A DNA stretch of 64,000 nucleotides, from the NCBI GenBank assembly GCA_036785375.1, contig JAWMAR010000384.1:248001-312000 (forward strand), read 5' to 3'. Both the position numbers and the translations under genes were made by a program. Shown piece by piece: positions 1 through 10,279 of the stretch. Position 1 is the first letter of the stretch. Every line of letters begins with the position of its first letter. The stretch comes from Leucoraja ocellata (taxonomy: Eukaryota). Under the pieces are notes generated by a model, which did not search any database, had not been told where the DNA came from, and was given only the letters and a program-made list of their open reading frames with translations.

Positions 1-2099
1 ATTCCCCACCAGCAGAGCTACCCCACTCCCTCTGTCCACCTGTCTGTTTTTCGTTAGGACGTATATAATAGAATATTCAGTTCCCAGCCCTGGTCCTCTT
101 GCATCCATGTCTCTGTAATTCCCACAACATCATACTTGCCAATTTCTGGCTCAAGCTCATCCACTTTATTTCTTAAACTTCGCGCAATACAACACCTTGA
201 CTTCGTTATCTACCTCCCCTCTCACTCCGGTCCCTATTGGCCCCGACCTTACTCTCTTTCCCTTCTCGAACATTCCTTCACATTAATTCGGGAGTCTTAT
301 GTAACTTTTCCTGTACTCACTTCCGCATTAACTCTATCTTTATACTAATTTGTCAATCCCTCCTCCCCCCCCCCCCCCCCCCCCACCCCCCATCCCGCTG
401 ACTAGTTAGAACGCAACAAAAGCTTTTCACTGTACCTCGGTACACGTGACAATATACTAAACACGAACTCCTAGTAGAGGTTGCTATTGAATCAGCCGGT
501 GCTTTTGAATGACGGAGAATTTTCAGGTGCTAAGCATCCCAAATTTGTTACAAATTGTATTTTCTGAAGCATATCAGCGATTCGTGGGGTTTGTGATCAT
601 CTGATAGCTCATGGCTACCGTCGCCCCAAGCAAAGATGATCTTTTTCCCAATTAGCTTTTAATTCCAGATTTCTTGCAAGTCATTACTAATTCAAACCCG
701 CAAACAGTGGAACATAATGTCTGAAATAACACACATTTTCTTATGCTATTACTTCGCGTGTGCCAGATGTGCTTACACCGGTAGGTGGTTATGTTGTAGA
801 CCTTAAACCTCCGTCTAGAAGATTATCGATAGAAAGATAACTAAGAAATTAATATTGAATTGCTAAACTTGCTATTGTGTTGTACTGCTTACAGCCGCAA
901 GAACGTGTAGCAATCAATAAAGGGCTATAGGCCGATTGCGAGTTTATGTACAGGGACATATCTATCCATGCACTGTATACTTGTATTTATACTTATGCAT
1001 CTTAAATATGCATGGCATGTTTTATACTTTGGCAATATAACAATGTATTTTTTATCATGCCAATAAAGTTTTTTAATTGAAATTAAAATTGAAATTGATA
1101 AATGTCTTCGGAAGCCGCGCCCGTAATAAGTCCGAGGAAAGATCTGGACTCAAAACATCACCTATTCCCTTTCTCCAGAGATGCTGCCAACCCCGCTGAG
1201 GTACTCCAGCTTTTTATGTCTTTCTTCCCTGAATACACAAGGTCGAATAGTCTGCGCACTGCAATCTTTTATAGGCTTTGTCGAATTCATGCGCTTCGAT
1301 TGTTCAGAATGATTCTACCCCTCTGTACTCGGCGCGGGTGTTTTCCAGTCGACTAAAGTTCCCAGATCCGACTGGCTCAGATTGGAACAACAGCAGCAGG
1401 AGCACCAACAACACGTGCTGTGCATGAGTCAAAGAGAGCATCACGTTAAAATCTTCGCCCTCTGTCCGAACTCACGAGAGATTGTCTATATTTCCGAAGG
1501 CCTTTGACTATCAGAAATATTTATCAACTGGTAAATCAGGGCCATTCAATTAAATAAGGAAAAAAAGTGAAAGGCAAGAAATTATTATTACCGACGTAAG
1601 ACAATGGTAATAATTTAAAACATTTAAAAAAATAATAAAAGCAATTTCAGATGTTGCAAACCGGGACAAAAAAACAAATTGCTGGAGGATCTCAGAAGGT
1701 TTGGCAGCATCAAATAAAACAAACTACCATATTTTAACCTAACTTCCGCTCGCTTTATACGCCAGAGAATGAGCTGGCTAATCCTATACCGCCTGATCAC
1801 CGACAAGATTTCAGCGTGTGTGTGTGTGTAAATGCGGTGGAATCTCGAGATCAATAGTGGTCGAGGCCCCGGACAAAATGGCTGATGGAGGTATCAAACG
1901 TTTTTTATGGTTGGATTTTCACTAAAGTTCTTCAAAAAGTCCTTTAACTTAAAGCCAGATAAGTCATGGGATCAATGCTTTGTCGGAGATTAGTTTAGTT
2001 TAGTGTAGATACAGCGTGGAAACAGGCCCTTAACCCCATCGAGTCCACACCAACGATCGATTTACCTATCACAGGATATTTTCCAATGGGTACCGAGGG

Positions 2100-2896
2100 T
2101 TGCTTTCTATACACCATCTCCCCCTCCACCTATTATCTATCATCTGCACACTTTCCCACAAAGCCTTCCATAGCCCAAAATAGACAGTAGACAGGCAGAT
2201 ACATATATCGCACAGTGCGTAATGAAAATAATGCCCGGTGTTGCTATATTTAAGAGGGAGTTAGATGTGGCCCTTGTGGCTAAGGGGATCAGGGGGTATG
2301 GAGAGAAGGCAGGTACGGGATACTGAGTTGGATGATCAGCCATGATCATATTGAATGGCGGTGCAGGCTCGAAGGGCCGAATGGCCTACTCCTGCACCTA
2401 ATTTCTATGTTTCTATGTTTCTATCCCCATGTCCAAATCATTAATATACAATGTGAAGAGTAGCGGCTCCAACACCAACCCTTGCGGAACTCCATGAGTC
2501 ACTGGCAGCCAACGAGAAAAAGCTGCATTTAGTCCCACTCTTCGTCTTCAGCCATCCAGGCAACCTGCTATCCGTGCTAGTATCTGCCTATTGATACCCT
2601 GGGCTCTCATCTTCCTAAGCAGCCTAACATGTGGCACCTTATCAAAGGCTTTCTGAAAATCTATATAAGCAACATCTACTGGATCTCCTTTGTCTGTCCT
2701 GTTATTTACTTCTTCAAATAATTCCAGCAAACTTGTCAAGCAAGATCTCCTCTTCACAAAGCCATGCTGACTTTAGCCTATTTTATCGTGAACTTCTAAA
2801 TACTCTGTAACCTCATCCTTCATAATGGACTCTAAAACCTTACCGACCAAAGCCAGTTTAACCGGCCTATAGTTCCACCTATTCTGCATTGCTCCC
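2100..2896 (-). mobile_element. CR1 LINE reverse-transcriptase fragment (degenerate), interrupted by a younger insert
   Basis: ORF 2548..2757 SCLTSLLELFEEV...VDVAYIDFQKAFDKVPH; copies at ~18900-19437 and ~33770-34330. Confidence 0.85.
2243..2424 (+). mobile_element. CR1 LINE 3' end (5'-truncated young insertion)
   Basis: Matches the 3' ends at 4309-4974 and 62405-62935; (TTTCTATG)n tail; absent from the paralogous sites. Confidence 0.85.
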
Positions 2897-4308
2897 GTGT
2901 AAAATATGTTCACCTAGACTGCACTCAAGGCATTAATAACATTACTTAAAAAATGAGACTAATACTAAGTGGTATACTAAAGGTATGATTGCGGCAATTG
3001 TCAACTTCTCAAAAGCACATCCTTCTATTTTCATTCAATCGCCCAGCAAAGAAAAATAGCATTGTGTTAATTTTTTTTAATTACTTGATACCCGCATTAT
3101 ATGCTTTGATGTATCGTGGACATCCCTAATGGTTTACACAACATAATTATATATTGAATAGAGAGGAGACAAGATGGTGCAGTATTGTTTGGTAATCCCG
3201 GTGTGGGTCGGGAGTGCAAAAGAGATTGAACAGCGCACATCGAAACAGGAAAGTGTTCACTTTATAGAGACTGAAGAGAGTGCTTTTGGTGGAATCTTAA
3301 TGGGAACTCAAAGTGCTGGAGGAACTCAGTGGGGCAGGCTACTTCTGGGGAATTAAATTGACAGATAACAGTTCGGATTAGGACCACTGCTCAAATGGAT
3401 GTTAATGTTATGGATAGCATCAGAAGTGAAAGAAGAATAAATGGGAGATTAAAAATGGAGTCAAAGGAGGAAATTGATCGAACGCCAGCTAACATAACAC
3501 CCCTACTTAATTGAGGCTGTGAAATAATGATTTCCCGAATCAACCAAACGCCATGGATCTGAAACGTCACCTCTACTTCTGTGGTCATAGGTGCCATCTG
3601 ACCTACTAACTGGTTCCAGCCTTTATTGTTTATTTCCGATATACAGCCTTTTCATTTATAATTACGTGTTTCTTGCAGAATTCAACTGGAATAAATGAAG
3701 GAATCATAATAATTTCCATTCATAAACTTCACTGAAATAAATTGCAAAACCCGCCTCCAGATGTGTCATCTATTACAACTGTAAAAAAAAACTCACTACA
3801 TCGGAAAGTCTCCAATATTTTTTAATAATCATATGATATTAAAGGAAACACGCAATGAAACATTTTACTCAAATGGATCAGTTGACGTTCCTGTGCCGCG
3901 TTTTCTCAGAGCGGATTACTCTCTGAATGTAAATGCAGCCAAATGTCCAGCGACGGAGCGCAAAGCTAACATGGTTGGTGGAACTTGGTGGTGTAGTTTG
4001 TGACTTCCGCATACAATCTAACGTCCGAAAACGTCATGGAACTGATCAGCAGCGATATCAACCATTTGGCCAGTACCAATTCAAGGACAAGATGCGTTGA
4101 ACTGAAAGAGTACCATTCCAAGTCACGCGTGCCTTCTGTTTTCATTCAATCGCCCAGCAAAGAAAAATAGCATTTTGTTAACGTTTTTAATTACTTGGTA
4201 CCTGCATTATATTCTTTGGTGTATCATGGACATCCCTAATCGTTTTCACACAATAATTATTTATTGAATAGAGTCTGAGGAGACAAGATGGTGCAGTATT
4301 GTTTGGTC

Positions 4309-4974
4309 AAGAAAGCGAATGGTATGTTAGCATTCATAGCTAAAGGATTTGAGTATAGGATGAGGGAGGTTCTACTGCAGTTGTACAGGGTCTTGGTGAG
4401 ACCACACCTGGAGTATTGCGTACAGTTTTGGTCTCCTAATCTGAGGAAATACATTCTTGCCACAGAGGGAGTACAGAGAAGGTTAACCAGACTGATTCCT
4501 GGGATGGCAGGACTTTCATATAAAGAAAGACTGGATAGACTCGGCTTGTACTCGCTAGAATTTAGAAGATTGAGGGCGGATCTTATAGAAACTTACAAAA
4601 TTCTTAAGGGGTTAGACAGGCTAGATGCAGGAAGATTATTCCCGATGTTGGGGAAGTCCAGAACAAGGGGTCCCAGTTTAAAGATAAGCGGGAAGTCTTT
4701 TAGGACCGAAATGAGAACATCATTTTTTACACAGAGAGTGGTGAATCTGTGAAATTCTCTGCCACAGAAGGTAGTTGATGCCAGTTCATTGTCTATATTT
4801 AAGAGGGAGTTAGATGTGGCCCTTGTGGCTAAAGGGATCAGGGGGTATGGAGAGAAGGCAGGTACAGGATACCGAATTGGATGATCAGCCATGATCATAT
4901 TGAATGGCGGTGCAGGCTGGAAGGGCCGAATGGCCTACTCCTGCACCTATTTTCTACGTCTATGTTTTCTATGT
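4309..4974 (+). mobile_element. CR1 LINE 3' fragment
   Basis: KKANGMLAFI...LVRPHLEYCVQFWSP...FFTQRVVNL; CR1 3' UTR and microsatellite tail. Confidence 0.9.
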
Positions 4975-6215
4975 GCCTATCCAGTCCTCAGAATGACCTC
5001 ACGGGCCAGACTGGTTTAAAAAATAGTTAGACATGTACATTGATCGGACAGGTTTGGAGGGATATGGACCAAGCGCAGGCAAGTGGGACTAGTGTAGCTG
5101 GGGCATTGTTAGCTGGTGTGGGCAAGTTGGGCCGAAGGGCCTGTTTCCACACTGTAGCCCTCTATGACTCTATGACTCTGTAATTTCTCGACAATGATCT
5201 CAGCCTACCCAATTGCGGTTTTCACGAGTCCTTATTTTCTGATTTGTTGTTTTACCCATTCAGAAATATGTTTCACTATATTATCGCCCACAATGACAAA
5301 TCCTTCAATGGGCCTTTTGTTTTGTCAAATGCGTTTCAAGGATTTATCGTGTTTTCATGTAATTGTGCAAAACGCAATTGTCTTTCAAATATCTTCATTG
5401 CAATGATACTCCGCGTCTTCTTTTCCCTTCTCCATCAATCTGCCCCGAACATTTCGAGTTGACAATTGAAGTATTAATGCTTTCATTCCTATGGCGATGA
5501 AAACGGAAATTGCGGGAGCGTCCTCTGAATTGTTAGCTCGTCACACAGTATTATAACCTACAAATATACATATACACGTTGAGAATTGTTTTGAAGCTTA
5601 AACTCTCCAAGCACAAAGTATATGATGGTTTGCCGCAAAGCTTATGCGGCGTCATCGGAAACCTGCACGATTCATAGCATGTTATCTGTATGGGTAACAA
5701 CTGCAAAGAAAATAATGGTTTATAAAGTTTCCACAAATTAAGGCTAAAATTAATTTCAAAAATCTCCGTAAAATCTTCAACGTTTTTTTTTCACTCCTTC
5801 CAGCTCGGAATCAAAAATACGAAGTTGAAAATTGGAAATCTGAAACAAAAACAGTATATGGAGGTGACACTCGGTAGCATCTGTGAAAAGCTGGTTTATT
5901 TGGTTTTGGTGAAGCTTTATTGACTTAACAAAAGGTCACGTCCTTTTTCCCTTCACGTGTATTCTCTGAGGTGTTGAGCATCCCTAGTATTTTCTGTTTC
6001 TGCACAAAATATATCTGCCTGCCTAACCACTGACAACAAAGCAGTTCCTACATCTGGCCATGCAGTTTGCCACTCTTCTGTTCTCCTCTATGATTCTAAC
6101 TATACCCCTACCCCCCCCCCCCCCCCCCCCCCCTCCGCCCTCTACCCTACGCCCAAGCACAGAAAAAAGCCCGATGATTTGTCAATATCGCTCCACAATG
6201 ATCCAGTAATTCGAT

Positions 6216-6286
6216 GTCACGTGGATAGTGATTTGCATGAATAATTAAAACTCGGTGACGTTGTGATGTCGAGTAGTTCTTAAGGG
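6216..6286 (+). promoter_or_regulatory. Ig light-chain V promoter, cluster 1: E-box (GTCACGTG), octamer ATTTGCAT (6231-6238), CRE-like TGACGT (6256-6261), TATA-like TTCTTAAGG
   Basis: Canonical Ig octamer 130 nt upstream of the leader ATG; same motif order and near-identical spacing upstream of all three V genes. Confidence 0.85.
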
Positions 6287-6360
6287 GAGATTTCTCAAGA
6301 ACCAGAAACGGACTTCTGTCGGAAAACGTTTAGATTCTGACCCTCGCCACCTCCTTCACC

Positions 6361-6409
6361 ATGTCTGAATGGATTCGCGTTCTGGCCGCGTTCGTGTTCT
6401 GCTTCCATA
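6361..6409 (+). CDS. IGL: IgL cluster 1 leader exon (L1)
   Basis: Kozak-like CACCATG; hydrophobic MSEWIRVLAAFVFCFH; donor A|GTAAGT at 6410. Confidence 0.9.
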
Positions 6410-9400
6410 GTAAGTAGAAAACCTAATCACCAGGCAGCTGCTCTTTGCATTCTGCTGATAGATTGTGTGTTTACGAATATTAATTTGTTATTTCACCAGC
6501 TTCAATCGCAGAGGTTTTGTTGACTCAGAGCTCTACGTCCATCTCGACTTCTCTGGGGAAAACGGTCAAGATGACTTGTACCCTCTCGGGAGCCCAGATG
6601 AGCAGCTACTACACTAGCTGGTACTGGCAAAAGACCGGCAGCGCCCCGGTCTTGGTATGGTATGAGAGCACAAGAGCTTCTGGAATTCCAGATCGATTCA
6701 CCGGTACCGTGGATGAGCCGAGCAATATAATACATCTGACCATCACCAACGTGCGAGCTGAGGATGTCGCTGATTATTACTGTGCGGTAACAAAATCTGT
6801 AATTACATTCGGGAAAGGAACCAAGCTGAATCTGAGCAGTAAGTAAAATAATGGCTATCTGAAAAACGGCTTTTGACTAATCACCAGCTTTCAATTTTAA
6901 CCGATTTTCAAAACGTTCAACCTCCAATTCTTGCAATAATACGGAAGCGAATAAAACAAACCCGCAATTTGCTTTGTGAATATAAACGGAAACTGATGCC
7001 ATTATAATGTATTAATAGAGGGTACGTGAATAGCCTCCGGTGAGATTTAAAGAAAACGGACTGCACTTCCATTTGCGTAGCGTGACAAAAAACCTGGGGC
7101 AAATAAACAAACTAGCTCAGCGAGTTAGGCAGCATCTGTGGAGGCATTTCAGGTTGAGACCCAGTATCGTGACAATGTCCTAACTCCAACGTGTTACGTA
7201 CACAGATGGTACCTGGTCCACTCAGCTCGTCCACCAGTTTGCTTTTGTTTGCTTTAGATTGCAGCATCTGCAGTCTCCATGTTTGCGTGTTAAAATGTTG
7301 GAGCGGATCTCGGAGTCACTTATTAGATGATCCTCTTATCGAGCGTTTCAACTTTGAGAGGAGACGGGAATGGTTAAGTCTGGATGTAGCATAAGCATGT
7401 GTGATAGATTCAAAAACAAATTAGCTGTGTCAGTATCTAAGCCAAAACTGACGCACCGATGAATGTAGACAATTGTTTGATTGTGGGTTTAGCACTGTCC
7501 TGTGAGGATCTTCGCCGTGAAGTTCGACGAGGAAATACATTTTGAATTGACTCCCGTGCTAAAACTCATTGTCAGCAAATACCAAAAACGTAATTATAAA
7601 ACCTGTACACGTCGCATTTTATTTCACAGCAAATACTATGGTGAGCATTTTCCGATTGACGTTGCAGGGGTTGGTGTATGAAATTGTTGCAAGTCTCAAC
7701 AAATAGAACATTCAAATAGAACATGCGTTGAAGCCCATAACGTTACCTCTACGCTACACATAGCCGGCGCATGGGCTCCAACAACGCTCTTGGGTTGAGA
7801 TTTCAAATGATTCAGCACCATCTAATAACTAAATTTATTGTAACCTCAGTCTTGACACCGTCCCCTCCCTTCTAGAATTCCAAGCCTAGAACCGGCATCC
7901 CGGTATCTAAAACTGTCAAAGACAATAGGAAATATTTATGATATTGTCCCTGCTTTCAGAGTGCAGTCCCGGCCAGTGTAACTTCTCTTTGTAGTGCAAC
8001 CTCCGCAACTCAGGAATTAATTTGTGAATGAAGGTTACAGTCCCTCCATTGTATCAGCACCCGTACAATTTGCAGCGGATGCATCTGATATCCAACTCGG
8101 CAATTACAGAAAACAATTTAAAGATTTTAAATTTAAAAATGGGTGCTTTCTCAGGAGCTTGTCAAAAGCAATCCCTTTTGGTGCGCCGGTATTAGCAGCA
8201 TTTGGTGCTATTGAAACGAGGGCCGCGTGAACTGTGTTTTAAGATAGCAAGGGAAGGGCCGTACAATAACTGCAGATGCTTAAATCCTGAATAAAACACA
8301 AAGTGCTGGGGGACACCGTGGGTCAGTCAGCAACTGTGAAGCGAATGAACCTGTTCATTCCCTTCCAAGATGTTGCCTGATCCTCCGATTTCCTCCAGCA
8401 TTTTGTGTTTTACTCAATAGAGTTGGGCGAACTGGCTTCAGCAGTCTCACTTCATTCCTTGAGAAGCCAATGGATTTTATTTAGGAGGGAATTTGCATTG
8501 ATATATTACGTTTCACAACCACAGTATCCAAAGGCATTAAGGTTTTGGCCTGGATACATCTAGTGACATTTCATTCGAACTGAAATATCTTCTTCGGCTT
8601 GGTGTAACGATAAACATTGATTCATAATAACAGTCGTTATTTGTTGGAAAATGCATTTAATGAACTTGCACATTGAGTGACTTTAGCACCCATGACCTTG
8701 CCCATGTGTATGTATCACGAGGAGGATGAAGTCGTTCAGCAGACTTTTGAATTTGTTCTTCCTGTGAACCGGCTGGGATCTTGGTCAATGCGAGTAGGTT
8801 GGTTGAGGTAGTGTACATCCCGACGCCCCAGTTGTAGCCTGATATAACTTTGGCATATCCATCAGAAATAGTGCAAAACTGTAAACAATTGAAGTGGCGA
8901 AGGAGGTGGGGGGTTAAATTGTAGCGGAAATTATCTGAATTGGTAACACTGAAATATTTTGAGTTTGGTGGCGAAACTGCAAATCTCGCTGCTTATAATT
9001 TCAAGGATGGAATGAAACGAGCCCAACGCATTTCATTGTCAGAGTCCCGCTTTAATCAATGTTGATTCCTCTGACCGACCCCACCCGCTCCCACCCCTCC
9101 TGAATCACTCATTTTACATCGAAAACATCAAGATTGTCCGAATTATTTTTTCAACCCTAAGGATGTAAATAGGATGAACATTGAATGGAACACAGCGTAT
9201 TTACGGGAGTGTCTCTTTCCAAAATATCTACCGAAAATCGTTGATTTATTCTTACATTTGTGAATTGTTTCCAGACCTTTGGACAAATTGTAGTAATGAT
9301 CTTCTGTTGCACAGACATTTTCACGTGTTTAGATTAATTGTAAAGTAGTAATAGAAATAAAAACATAATAACTGGTGGCAGGAGTAGACTACACAATACT

Positions 9401-10279
9401 TCCAGTTGGCTCCGAAGATACTCAGTTCATGTTAACCCTAAACGGCCTGAAAGATATTCTGTTTAAGAAAGAACTGCAGATGCTGGAAAAATCGAAGGTA
9501 GACAAAAATGCTGGAGAAACTCAGCGTGTGATGCAGCATCTCTGGAGCGAAGGAATATGTGACGTTTTGGTTCGAGACCCTTCTTCAGACATTCTTCAGT
9601 CTAAAGAAGGGTCTCGACCCGAAACGTCGCATATTTCCTTCGCTCCATAGATGCTGCTTCACCCGCTAAGTTTCTCCAGCATTTTTGTCTACCTTTGAAA
9701 GATATTCTGAATCTGTTCTGTCTGGTGCTGGGGAAAATGTTCTCGCTGCATGCAATCTTTCAAGACATCAAAGGAGTTTGCCTGTTTCGATGCTCTGAAA
9801 TCCAGAGATTGCATCCCCGTCTACTCAATTCTCCCTCACACGGCAAACAATCTATCTCTGGAACCCGGGGAAGCAAAAAAAAAACAAAAAAAAAACACTT
9901 GATTCGGAAGGTCAGCTTTAATAATCCACTATGCTGTACTTCTTTCCATTTTCCAGATCCCCAGCCTCCCGCGGTGTCAGTCCTTCGGCCTTCAGAGGAA
10001 GAAATCGCGGGAAAGGGCACCGCCACTCTGGTGTGTTTGGTGAACGGGTTCAACCCGGGCGTTGTGGACATTGAGTGGACGGTGGACGGCAGTGCGAGAA
10101 GTGATGGCGTCGACACAGGCCGAGCCCAGCAGGATCAGGACAACACGTTCAGTACCAGCAGTTACCTGACTCTGCCAGCCGCCTACTGGAACTCACACGA
10201 GCTTTACTCCTGTGTGGTTAAACACGAGACTCAGACAAACCCACTGGAGACAAACATCGCCAGATCTGGTTGTGCTTGA
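6361..10279 (+). CDS. IGL: Immunoglobulin light chain, type II (lambda), cluster 1, germline-joined VJ; exons 6361-6409, 6500-6838, 9957-10279
   Basis: Spliced ORF MSEWIRVLAAFVFCFH-TSIA/EVLLTQ...MTC...WYWQK...DYYC-AVTKSVIT-FGKGTKLNLS-NPQPPAV...TLVCLV...WNSHELYSCVVKHE...ARSGCA*. All introns are GT-AG phase 1. WYWQK, PVLVW, the long DE loop and WNSHELYSC match chondrichthyan type II/lambda chains. Confidence 0.93.
6500..6838 (+). CDS. IGL: IgL cluster 1 L2 + germline-joined VJ exon
   Basis: Acceptor tttcaccag|C; conserved Cys, Trp, YYC and FGxG in one frame with no RSS between V and J; donor A|GTAAGT at 6839. Confidence 0.95.
9461..9696. mobile_element. Short inverted-repeat element (Penelope-associated type) in the J-C intron; copies include 10870-11090 and 25853-26088
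   Basis: ~95-nt arms (9496-9590 and 9599-9696) are reverse complements; the family motif GCTGAGTTACTCCAGC / CTGAAGAAGGGTCTCGACCCGAAACG recurs throughout the window. Confidence 0.7.
9957..10279 (+). CDS. IGL: IgL cluster 1 constant (C1-set) exon
   Basis: Acceptor ttttccag|A; ATLVCLV...W...YSCVVKHE; penultimate Cys; AATAAA at 10316-10321. Confidence 0.95.

Larger units (their letters stand above)
1..2896. repeat. Tail of a further upstream tandem duplication unit
   Basis: Near-identical to 16787-19437 and 31680-34303. Confidence 0.9.

Noticed and set aside
2211-2250. CACAGTG heptamer in the captured fragment (also 34463-34469 on the - strand and 39432)
   Set aside because: No ACAAAAACC-like nonamer at 12 or 23 nt spacing; not a supportable RSS.
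9695-9956. N-terminal extension of the 194-aa ORF upstream of the C domain (surrogate-light-chain-like unique region?)
   Set aside because: Intronic read-through across an A-run; not open in cluster 2; a proper acceptor lies at 9955-9956.
6361-10279. Processed Ig retrocopy or somatic rearrangement from lymphocyte DNA
   Set aside because: Introns and promoter are present, and the join is duplicated with its flanks in tandem units.
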